Assembly: GCA_043228905.1 (NCBI GenBank)
Contig: JBHGNT010000002.1
Coordinates: forward strand, 26,846,001-26,910,000
Source: Azolla caroliniana
Lineage: Eukaryota; Plantae; Polypodiophyta
Direction: 5' to 3'
Length of the DNA stretch: 64,000 nucleotides
Shown: one piece after another, positions 13,216 to 25,211 of the stretch
Numbering within the stretch: position 1 is the first letter of the stretch
How the letters are laid out: each line of letters opens with the position of its first letter
Program-made: the position numbers and the translations under genes
Notes under the pieces: generated by a model
What the model saw: the letters and a program-made list of their open reading frames with translations, nothing else
The model's database searches: none
Told to the model about the DNA's origin: nothing

Positions 13216-14924
13216 TGTTTGATTATAATTTATAATGACATATTTTGATTCAATCTCTATAGTTTATACTCATTTTTTTGTAAAGTTTTAAAGTGAGGAT
13301 GATAGAGATGTCTTGATTCGCATCCCAAAAGTATGCATGTGATACAATGCAAATATCGCAACCATACTTATGTTGGTGGTTCACAATGGATTAGAGTCCA
13401 CTTATTGGGATTGAGAGTGAATCAATATATAATATAGACCCTAGTCAATCCAATCCAATTTTGAGATGATTTACCATACATGTTTGATTGAATCATTCTC
13501 GAATGCGAATGCACGTATGATACATATGGTTCATTCTATGGGTGTACTATATCTTTTGGAAGTTTATGGTACGAATTGCAAAACTCCAACAAAGTTAACA
13601 AATAAGACAATAAAAAAACGCCACAAAAATTGTGATGCACACATAACGCATGTGAGGATAGATCACTAATATTTACATAAGTGAAGGGTATGGTCACTAA
13701 TGTTAGAAAGGAACTAATGTGATTGGATAGAAGGAATGGTAGGTGCGCACTATCATGATCTTGACAACCAATGACTGGAGAGTCTTTTAGAAATGCACAT
13801 CTATTCAAGGGGCCTAGGTAGAGGTATAAATATGAGGCCTATCTACCCCCATAAGCACATTCTATCGGAAGGTTGTTGTCGTAAGGCACTGGTTGTGCAG
13901 GTGTAGCTTTTGTCGTGACAATCGTGTTATCTCTTCCAAGGTATTGGTCATCCTAATATATGACAATTGAGACGTTTGTGGTAGGTTGGCTATGTCTTGA
14001 TCATAGCTTGGGGGTGGTCGGGTGTAAAGGGTTCTTCTATCCAAACTATTTACCTTATTTTACTTATTTCAGTCTATTGATTAGTAATAGACTCTTAATA
14101 AGATTGTTATATTTCCCTTGTTGTATTATGGCCTGAATTTCTAATTCACGATGTCATAAAAAGGTCACGGTCCATGCATCAAACTGCTAGGGTTTTGTGC
14201 GAGGTAGCTCATAACAGAAAGGGAAATTGCTTCACAACAACGGAAAGTCATAATCCCTTGGGATTTCATCTCTGTTGAGTATATTATATTCATGGAGTAT
14301 AATAGTGCTTGATGATCCACACAAAAAAGAAGGCGAGAGGCTAAGTGTTAATGCCTTGTTTGAACACCATAAATCATCTTTGGTGCTTCCCACTTTGTTT
14401 TGGAATGATTGCTTTCCACTTGATTGAGTGGACAACTAGCAAACATTATAGGGAGCGCCATTTTTGTGTCCCTTTTTGAGCTAGTATTGCTTACATATTA
14501 ATCTATTCTCTTCTTTAGGATGAAATCAAATATATGATCTACCCATCTTTATCAATGCTCAATGCACTCATCAAGCCAAATGGAATATTCTTCTTTGTGA
14601 AAGTGTCAAACTTAGGGAATGTTATTTATGTTGGTCTTGCGGTATAGTCACTATTTTGTTGTATCTAGAGAACCATCTATAAGGTTACTTAAACTCGAAT
14701 AGTAGCTTCATTTGCATCATCCTATTCATTGTTAGGGATTGTCTCCTCTGTTTTATATTGAGGATTATATAGCTCACCGTTTACTATGATCTTTAAGTGT
14801 AGTAAATCCAAATTGTGGGAATGTTCACTCTTCAAGTTTCTCATGGAGCTTCCTATAACATTTTGGAATGTTTTTGTTCCTCATGGAGCAACTAACAGTG
14901 AACTTTTTGAATTTCAATGTACGA

Positions 14925-15290
14925 TGTCGTGAGGATTTCTGGCAACGGTGAGAAAACCGGGTGGAACGGGCAAAGTCGGTGAAGTGCAACATGTCCACAT
15001 GTACCTTAGAAAATGTAGATAGAAATAAAAGGGAAATTGTAAGGATGCTAAAACGCACGGGAGTTAGTGAGGAATAAGTGTCATGTGTGCATTGGTGCAC
15101 TTGCATACGTAGTGGGGTTGTGAAAGTGAGGACGTTTAATGTACCTCTTCGAAAATCAAGGCAAATATCTCTAAAAATGAGGAATATTTGACTGATTTGT
15201 AACCCTCCTCGAGTTGTAAAAGAGGGGGAGAGTTCCTCGTTTTTGGTTTCCTACGAGTTGTTTTCTCTCTATTTTATTTTTTTGCATAAA
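14925..15290 (+). mobile_element. Truncated LTR related to the TGTCGTGAAGAT lineage
   Basis: tgtcgtgaggatttctggcaacggtgagaaaaccgggtggaacgggcaaagtcggtgaagtgcaacatgtccacatgta aligns by eye with the LTR start at 26082/35695 and with 39605. The 3' end and TSD were not found. Confidence 0.6.
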
Positions 15291-16527
15291 AAATATTCAC
15301 CATTGGTATTAAACTTAAAGTGGCCAAAGGCAATATACAAAACAGTTCACTATTACAAAGAATATTGCAACATATTTAACTAAAAAACTATTGAACACTC
15401 ATGTAGCTTCAACAATCCAACCACATTTAGCATCCATATCAAGCAAGGAATTACCACCAACAACACCGGGTTCAAAAAAACCCTCTTTTTACAAGCTGAA
15501 TAAGGATTTTTGGCCTTTATCACTGGAGTCTATGCCACGACAAACTTGAAATCCAAAGAAACTATTATCACATCCGGAGACACTCCCTCAAGTTGTGAAC
15601 AAGCTTTGATAAGTGCCACAAAAATATGTGTTGTACCATATATTGCTCAACATTCCTTCTATTTTGATGTAGTTTGATAGCATCATATGGCATTCTCCGT
15701 CTCACATAATGCATGCTAAGGACAATGGATGATTGCTCATTTTGATTAGCTAACTTCTCCAAAGCACGTCTCAGCCCTGCTTCCAAGGTTCACAAAAACA
15801 GGTTACATCTCTCTAGCATGCATACAAAATCAGCCACCTTTAGAACTCCCTACAATCGGAACAAAACTTTGCCGATGAATTCCAATGGTTGCTGTCGAAA
15901 AATGTATGCCGATGACAACAACATGTAGAGTTTGCTACCAAAGATATATAGATTTTCACAGTTTTTCTCCACTCATCTACATCAAAAAAATAGGAAAGCT
16001 GTTGAGCGAGGAAGCTCAACCGGATTCGGATTGGCGGAATAAGCCAGAGCCGGATCAATATTTAGAGAGAACCGGATGGGTATCCAGATGATATCCAGAA
16101 CTAGGAGCCGGATCGGATTGAAACCGGTACGCCGTTAGAGGCCTGTGGATCGAGCCTAGTACGTAGGCATATTTTTGGGAGTCAGTGACAGTCACTCATA
16201 TGAGCATTGCAGTACTTGTTAGTCGTTTATGGACTTGTATAAAAGTGCTCTCTGTGCACATTCTATGTACACAGAGGATTATTATTTTAGAATAGAGTTT
16301 TATGTTCTACTTTTTCTCTGTCTCTCCTGTGTATGCCAAATATTCTCAAGCTTCCATTGAACCTGTTTTTGTATTCTCTGTTGCTGCCCGGCTAAACCGG
16401 TTTTGTCAAGCTTCCGCATGCTAACTTTTACATGGTATTAGAGCGCGAGGGTTGAGACTCCTCTGCAACTGACAAACGCTTTCAAAGACAAGCCCTAACA
16501 CCCGGTGAAGAACAATAGAGAACCGAA

Positions 16528-19500
16528 ATGGACAGATGTATGGCAAGTTCGCTTCCCACAGAAAAGCTCGACCAGAGCAACTATGCATCTTGGTCATATA
16601 AAATGCACCAGTATCTGCTAGGGCATGGATATTGGAGCTATGTGGAAGGAACCAACGAGGTAGCACCGGAGCCGGCACACAAAGACTTCTCGGCATGGAA
16701 GCAAGGAGCGAGCCGAGTATTTTACTGCCTCGTGTCTGGTTTGCACGATCAGATGCTCTCGACTACATCAAGGATGCAAAAACACCAAAGGAGGCTTGGG
16801 AAAATCTACGGAAGATTTTCGCCGCAAGTACCACAACCCGTAAGTTGCAGCTCTGGCAAGAGCTGAACAACATCTGACAGAGAGATATGTCGGTTACGGA
16901 GTACACCACCAAGATTAAGGAGATCTGCGATGCACTCTAATTCATCAACGTAACAGTGGAAGAAGACGAGATGGTTCAGATCTGTCTTGGTGGTCTAGCA
17001 CAATGGTACGGGTCAATCCGGATGGCAATTTGCACCCGAGAGAAGCCACCATCCTTCTTTGACTTACAATCCATGTTGATGGTCGAAGAAAACCACGCGA
17101 GTGGGTCGACGACCACTCAATCGGACAACGGGATGTTGTACACAAAGGTGGATCGACCCCGTGGGCGTGGAGGACTAGGTGGGTTGGCACACAATGGAGG
17201 TGGCCGGCAAGAACAGAACCGAAGGCACAGAGATGGTGCCGACAACAGTTCCAGACCTTCCACAAGCAGGGGGAGTCAAGTCGGAGCCGGAAACCGGCAG
17301 TCGAAAACTAACACGAAATGCTCGTATTGTGCCAAGAAAGGCCACGGAGAGAGCGAGTGTTGGAAGAAGCGTGCCGATTCGGGTAAAGCCCAATCCGGCA
17401 AGACCGGACAAGGGAACCTGCAAAGCTCGCACTACGCAGAATGATCAGAAGGATCCGGAACCGAGAAGACTAGAAAAAGGCCAACCTTCGTGATGAAGCA
17501 CAAGGCGAACTCGATGAAGAAGACCACTTCCGGATCGGGGGAAGTATGGTATGCTGATTTCGAAGCATCAAACCACATGACGAGTCATGAAGAGTGGTTC
17601 TCATTTTTGGAGAAACCAGAACAACCGGGAATCGTCGAAACAGGAGACGACACCCCTCACTCAATTATGCATGTCGGAGAAGTCCCTTTAAGCCATGTTG
17701 GACAAAAGGGAAAGCTGATGAACGTACTACACGTTTCGACAATCACAAAGAACCTAGTGTCGGTCGAACAAATTGTCGACCAGGGAATACATGTGTGGTT
17801 TACGCACCTCAGGTGCTTCATCGAGGAAGAAGGCCGGATAATCGCGCAAGGGTCCAGGGAAGGGAGGATGTTCATCCTCAACACTAATGACATTGGCACC
17901 ACCATTTTTGCCAAAGGACAAAAGATTGAATCAGACATCGATCTCTGGCATACACGGATCAACCACATCAACTACCGGAGGCTTCAAGATCTGCAATAGA
18001 AACAAGTTATGTTTGGAATCCGGATTGCCGAAGTTTAGTGGCCGGAAGGGCCAAATATGTGAAGCTTGCCAACTCGGGAAGCAACACCGGCTTCCATTCC
18101 CCACCGAAAGAAACCGGAGCCGTAACAAGCTCGATCTAATCCATTCGGATGTATGGCGACCGGCACAGAACGTTAGTCTTGGCAGGAGTCGGTAATTCGT
18201 CTCCTTCATCGACCACTATAGCTGGCACATGTGGATCTACCTCATTGAGAAGAAAAGCGAATTCTTCGACGGTTTCCGAAACCTTCAAAGCTTAGTCGAA
18301 AGGGAAACGGAGAGGAAGATAAAGTGCCTGTAGTCGGATGGCGGAAAAGAATACTTTTCCGGCCAATTCAACAGTTATCTGCAACAAAAAGGAATTTAGA
18401 GAGAATTTAGCTGCCGATATACACTGGAACAAAATCGTGTGGTTGAAAGAAAGAATCGGTCGATTGTCGACGTTGCAAGGGGAATGCTGAAGGAGAAGAG
18501 CATGCCCAAATTCTACTGGGCTGAGGCAGTCCGGCCGGTTGTCTATATCCAAAACCGGATCGGGGATGAGGTGTCAACACATGAGCTGTATTTCGGACGG
18601 AAGTCGAATTTGAGACACCTTCGGATATTCGGTAGCATAGCATATGTGCATGTACCAGATGAGAAGCGAAGGAAGCTAGATCCAAAATCGGAGAAGTGCA
18701 TGCTCATCGACTACTCGCATGAACAGAAGGGGTATAAGTGTTATAATGTCGGGACTAAATAGCTATGAGTAAGTCGAGATGTTGAGTATGATGAGTCGGC
18801 ATCATGGTACTCCCTATCGACTCCAACTCCCGACGAAGGCCCGATTCTAGAGGATGAGGCTAATGAACTCGGAGAGGTTCAAGAAGAAGATGAAGGATAC
18901 GGTACTCTAGATGAGAGTCCGAATGAGCGACTGAGTCAGGATGACCAATTGGATGAAGAACCGACGAGTAGTGGTGACTCTGTCGTGCTCTCTCCGCACA
19001 AGGAGCCGAGGAGACGGTTCACGTGCAAAGAGAAGGGGAAGAAGAAGATGTCGGAATATGATACCTGTAGTGAAGGGTCGGATCGGAATGAATCTTACCC
19101 CGGAAAGGAAGAAGGCGGATCTTTAGAAAGGTAGTCTGAACCGACCAAGAAGGGCCTCAAACCGGCTAACGAAAAGTTACACCGCTCAATCCAGCAGAAG
19201 AACCTCGTCTAGATGTACGGATACAATGAGTACATGGCACATCACTATGCATACATGACTAAGGTGTCCGTAGTACGTGAGCTGGAGAGCTATGTTGAAG
19301 CAGCAAAAGACACAAATTGGCGTGCTGCTATGGAGGAAGAAATGCCGACAGTTGATGCCAACAACACATGGAACCTGGTTGACCCTTCCCGATAGTGTAA
19401 ACCGATCGGTTGCAAATGGGTATATAAGGTGAAGTACAATGCCGACGGTTCGGTCAACCGGTACAAGGCCCATTTAGTGGCAAAGGGATATGCACAGACC

Positions 19501-19920
19501 CACGGAATCGACTACGACGAGACCTTCTCTCTAGTAGCGAAGAAGACGATAGTTTGTGTGGTACTGGTTGTTGCTGCGGTAAGGGGATGGCATCTTTACC
19601 AAATGGACGTGAAGAATGCATTTCTTCAAGGTGATCTTGAAGAATAGGTGTATATGATCCAACCCCCCGGATTCCAATCGGAAATGAACAAGTCGGCAAT
19701 ATGCCGACTCAAGAATTCGCTTTACAGTCTGAAGCAAGGCCCTCAAGGTTGGAATGTGAAGATCACAGACCGGTTGCGTAAGGTGGGGTTTGCGGCCTCA
19801 AAGTTCGACTTGTCACTGTTCATCCGGACGGTCCGTTTTGTATCCAGCTATATGTTGATGATTTAGTCATCACCAGAGTCAGATTGGATGAAATCGGTAG
19901 AGTGAAGTTCCAATTGTCGG
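16528..19920 (+). pseudogene. Copia gag-pol pseudogene (gag, zinc knuckle, protease, GAG-pre-integrase, integrase, RT)
   Basis: Motifs [85 protein letters not shown] and [13 protein letters not shown], with many stops and frameshifts. RT resumes at 25217-25305 (AFEMKDMMDLHYFL). The remainder of RT and RNase H appears deleted. Confidence 0.93.
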
Positions 19921-22900
19921 TGTCACGGATCATAAACTCAAGAGACAACCAAGAAGATAACTAAATGGACAAGAAAGAAGATACTACTAAAGGAAAGACT
20001 CCATAACTGGTGTTGTTCACCTTGAATTCCTTCAAGGTGAACTCCTCTATTTATACTACATGGCATGCACACTTGTTGCACGCATGTGAATCTACAATAG
20101 AGCATGTAGGTATGCATGCATGTGCCAAGTGTAAATACTACAAGGGAGCAACTATGCACATGATGCTAGCAAAATAATAAGGACCAATTACATACATAAC
20201 TAGTACTAGATATCTTGGTTAACTCATTATAGTAGATTATAACATGGTCGTGTCAAGAGTTCGAATCTTGACATTATCCCCCCTCTTACGCCGCCTTCCC
20301 AAATCGGCCGCTGGTTTGTGGGGATATCGGTGATGAAAATCTTGGACGACCTCTGGGGCATTTTGTAAATTTGCCGATGGTTCCCATGTGGCCTCAGACA
20401 TGGGGTAACCCCTCCATAGGACGAGGTATTGCAAGTGTCGACGGTGTCAACGCGAGTCAAGGATTTGGTCGACCTCGTATTCCTCCCCTGTCGTCAATTG
20501 CACAGGTGGTGGTGGTGGGGCTTGACGTCCTGGGAGTTGTGAAGCATAATGGGGTTCGAGGAGGGAGACATGAAAAACATCGTGAATCCGGAAGTGGGAT
20601 GGAAGGGCGAGCCGGAAGGCGACGGGATTGATGCACTCGATGATACGGAATGGTCCCAACTTCTTGTAATCAAGTTTCGCACATGGACGAGTAGTAGAGA
20701 TGTGTCGACGTAACAACCAGACCATGTCTCCAACGACAAAGTGTGGAGTGGAAGATCGATGGCGATCAGCCTGCTTCTTGTATCGTTCATTAGCAAGACT
20801 AAGCTCCAAGGATAAATCATGATGTACTTCTTCCAAAATGCGGGCACGATCCTCCGCCGAAGGGTTCACGGAAGTGGTAGGAAGGGAAATGTTGAAGCGA
20901 GGATGTAAACCGTAGTTGGCAAAGAAGGGAGTGACGCCAGTCGATGCATGGAGAGAATTATTGTAGGCGAATTCCGCGAGCGAAAGTAAGTTGACCCAAT
21001 CATCTTGTTGGTAACTAACCGAGCACCGAAGATACTGCTCAAGGATTTGGTTGACACGCTCCGTTTGCCCGTCAGTTTGGGGGTGATAAGCGGAGGACAA
21101 CTTGACAGAGATGCCTAAAGTTTGTAGCAGGCGCTGCCAGAAGTGAGAGACAAACTGGGGTCCGCGATCCGAGATGACATCATCGGGGAGTCCATGCAAG
21201 CGTACTACATTGTTGAGTAGGAGATGCACCATTCCTTCTCCGGAAATGGTTTTGGAGCATGGAATGAAGTGAGCCATCTTCGTAAACCGATCGACAACGA
21301 CCAACACCGAGTCATAGCTATTGACCAAGGGTAGATCAGTTATCAGGTCCATAGAGATAGAGGCCCAAGGACGACGAGGACATGGAAGCGGCTGTAGTAA
21401 GCCGTATGGCCGATGATGAATGGCTTTGGAGCGAGCACAAACCTCACAACTCTTTATGTATTCTTTGACCAGCTTCCATGGTTGTGGCCACCAATACCCC
21501 CGAGAGATTAGCTCGAGGGTTTTCGCGACCCCGAAATGACCTGCAAGTGGGTCATCGTGGCATTCCCGCAACACCCGGGTGCGACATGGGCCCTCTGGGA
21601 CGTATAAGAGATGATCTCGGAACAACAAACCCTCTTGTATGGTGAAGGTGTCAAGATCCTTCCTTTTGGTCGCCTTGGAGGGGTTTTGCAGACTATCTCG
21701 AATCTCGTTGGCGAACGCATCGGTCTTGGATGCATCAGTGATTTGTTGGAGTAAAGAATCATCCTGCAACATACAAGTGGCAAACATATGCAATTGGTCG
21801 GGTTTCAACAAACGTCTAGATTGTTGAGCATAAGCAGCATCCCCAGGGCGGAGTGCAAGGTCAGCTCGGCGAGAAAGGGCATCAGCCTTCCCATGTTGGC
21901 CACCAGGTCAAAATACAATCTCAAAATCGTAGTCAGCGAGAAATGTAGACCAAGGGGCCTGCCTTCGATTCAAAGTACGAGTGGTGGAAAAATAAACTAA
22001 ATTTTTATGATCAGTCACTACCTGGACACGATGTTGTGCGCCGGCCAAGTAGGGTCGCCATTCTTCAAAGGCAGCAATGATAGCAGCAAGCTCCTTGTCG
22101 TAAATGGGATAATTGATTTCGGATGCCGTAAATTTTCGGGAATAGTAAGCCACTGGGTGCATTAGGTTGTTGTCGTCTGCTTGGGATAAGATAGCGCCAA
22201 TGGCAAAGTCAGAGGCATCGGTTTCGACTCGGAAGGGTTTTGTGGGGTCGGCATGTACCAGCACCGGGGCAGTGATGAATGCGTGTTTGAGTGAGTCGAA
22301 CGCATTTTGTGCCTCCGAGGTCCATAAAAATGGAGTGCCTTTATGGGTGAGAGCGATAAGAGGTTGTGCTAGGGTGGAAAATCCCTTGATGAAGCGACGG
22401 TAAAAATTTGCGAAGCCGAGGAAGGATTGCACATCTTTAAGTCGCCTTGGAGTCGCCCACGCCTGAATGACAGAGACCTTCTTCATATCCATGGTGATGC
22501 CAGTGGGCGAGATGATGTAGCCCAGAAATTCGATCGAGGTACGGTCGAACTCGCATTTCTCGCCTTTGGCATAAAGGCCATGCTCGCGAAGTTTGGCCAG
22601 AACTAATCGGACTTGGCGAGTGTGCTCCTCCATGTTTGGCGAGAAAATGAGAATATCATCGAGGTAAATGACAACAAAAAGATCAAGATATTCCCGGAAA
22701 ATATCGTTCATCATATGTTGAAAAACTGCGGGAGCGTTAGTAAGACCAAAAGGCATTACCTTGTATTCGAAATGCCCATACCGTGTTCGAAATGCGGTTT
22801 TCCATTCATCCCCCGGCTTGATGCGTACTAGATTGTACGCGCCACGCAGATCAACTTTGGAGAAGACACGCGCAACTCGGAGCCGATCAAGGAGTTCGGG

Positions 22901-25211
22901 GATCAGAGGTAGCGGATAGCGGTTGCGCATAGTGAGTTTGTTGAGACCTCGGTAGTCGACGCATAACCGTAGAGAGCCGTCCTTCTTCTTCACAAATAAA
23001 ATGGGGGCCCCGGCTGGTGACTTAGAAGGTTGAATAAAGCCTTTCGCGAGGTTCTCATCAAGATACACACGAAGGGCCTTCAACTCTGGTGCAGACAACG
23101 CATATAGAGGACCAAAGGGTGGACATGCGCCTTCTTGAAGATCAATCGGACAGTCGTAGAGCCGGTGTTCAGGCAACCGATCAGCATTACATTTTTCAAA
23201 TACATCGGAGAAGTTTTGGTATTTTTCGGGAATAACATGGAGTGTGTTAGAAATGGCGCCACAAACAAACCCATCCTGGACGGATGATGGGGTAGTCAAT
23301 TCGGAGTCGACCATCTCCGAAGGATAGGAAATTGAATTTACCTTCATACTTTTGCACGAGGATCTTCGCTTGCTAAATGTGATCGAGCGGTTGCACCAAT
23401 CCATTATTGGATTGTGCGCCTCCAACCACGTTAGTCCTAAGACGATCGGATGTCGAGGAGATGCGATGAGGTAAAAGGTGAGCTCCTCTTGGTGTGAGCC
23501 CACCCGAAGCCCTAATGGGATTGTAGCTTGAGTAATTGCACCTGACGAGAGGACGCACCCGTCGATGGCTTCAACTGGAATGGGTTTTGAGAGGCCAACG
23601 ACAGGTACGCCATGTGCTTGGGCAAACGCGACGTCGATGAAGCAAGAAGATGCCCCAGAATCAAGTAAAGCAACAGACTGAATGGAACTAGAGTTAAACG
23701 AAAGCCATACCTCCAATGTGAAATTGCCTGATGGTCCGGCAATGGAAGCAAGAGAATGTGGGCAACGGGAGATGTCCAGTTGCATGGCTCCTACTGCAAC
23801 CGAACAATGTCGTTTTCCGGATGTTGGGGTCTGTTAGCTCGATGGAATTGTGGGCGAGTACTCCTAGGACAATGGCGAACGACATGACCGGAGGCGCCAC
23901 AATACATGCACAAGCCATTAGCCCGCCGAAATTGTCGTTCAGCATCAGTAAATGACCGAAATCGGGCTTGATCAATTTCCATGGGGACAGGAGCATCTGC
24001 CGAAGTAGGCGAGTGTGAGGATGCTTGGGGTTGTATGACCGGGGCGTGGCGTGGAAGTGAATGAGGTGGAACCCAAGTCCGGCGCTCTTCTTGGCGAAAT
24101 TCGAAAAGACGATTGTCACAATGGACTGCTTGTGAAATCGCTTGGGATAACGAGGTTGGCTCCGGAAAGTTTAAGAGAAGATTATTGACATTGCTTCGAA
24201 GACCGCACCGAAAGTGATCAACTAAAGCTTGATCATCCCAATTGACGTCGCATGCTAGTTGTCGAAATTCGGAAGCATAGACCGAAGCTGCACGTGAACC
24301 TTGTTCGAGTGCATAAATCTTGTTAAGAGCTGTACGTCGTCGGTCCGTCTCTCCAAATGTGGCCTCTAACTCGGCAAGGAAGGCGGGAAAGTCCTCCAAT
24401 AAAGGTGATGAGGTTTCTACCAATGGTGCAAACCAAGCTTGGGCCGGACCGGAGAGAAGGGTGCCCACAAGACCGACTTGTCGAAGACCATCTCCATAAC
24501 GTTGAGGTTGTAGCCGAATGATAAGTCGAACTTGGTTGATGAACCCTCGGAAACGCGACCTCGTTCCATCAAATTTTTTCTGGGAGGCTAACCTTAGGCT
24601 CAAGAAACTGTGACGAAGCTAGGCTAGATGTTGGTAGAAGATCGGGCTCTAGGCTAGGTTGTTGTGGGAGACTAGGGTTCGGGGGTTGTGAGGATAAGGA
24701 GGTACCGACTTGAAGTTCTTGTAAAGAATTTCGAAGAGCTTCATTTTCAAGCTGTAGTTGTCGTAAGGCTACCATTATTTGGCCTAACTCACTAGTTGAG
24801 TTGGACATAGCTATGGCTTATGAGAGGGAGAGCTATGAGGATGGGAAGGTGAACAAACTGTCACGGATCATAAACTCAAGAGACAACCAAGAAGATAACT
24901 AAATGGACAAGAAAGAAGATAGTACTAAAGGAAAGACTCCATAACTGGTGTTGTTCACCTTGAATTCCTTCAAGGTGAACTCCTCTATTTATATTACATG
25001 GCATGCAGACTTGTTGCACGCATGTGAATCTACAATAGAGCATGTAGGTATGCATGCATGTGCCAAGTGTAAATACTACAAGGGAGCAACTATGCACATG
25101 ATGCTAGCAAAATAATAAGGACCAATTACATACATAACTAGTACTAGATATCTTGGTTAACTCATTATAGTAGATTATAACATGGTCGTGTCAAGAGTTC
25201 GAATCTTGACA
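19921..25211 (-). mobile_element. Ty3/Gypsy chromovirus (Tcn1/Tf1-sushi-like), full-length copy 1, inserted in the Copia RT
   Basis: 353-bp LTRs at 19921-20273 and 24859-25211 (about 3 differences by eye); TSD GTCGG; PPT next to 20274. Contains gag (24808-23791, CCHC knuckle), PR LLDSGAS, RT YLDD, RNase H, integrase with GPF motif and a type I chromodomain EEYEVDQILD...YLVLWRGY...TWEP. Confidence 0.96.
20237..24808 (-). pseudogene. gag-pol of chromovirus copy 1
   Basis: ORFs 24808-24569, 24603-23791, 23785-21908, 21811-20447 and 20434-20237. Pol is broken only by in-frame stops at 21908 (CGA>TGA) and 20447 (TGG>TGA), judged against copy 2. Confidence 0.93.

Noticed and set aside
13300-14216. 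Possible solo LTR (TATA-like box, ends ctcataaca)
   Set aside because: No matching 5' terminus or TSD could be found.
15400-15990. Short minus-strand ORFs next to the Copia insertion
   Set aside because: No recognisable domain or consistent splice structure.
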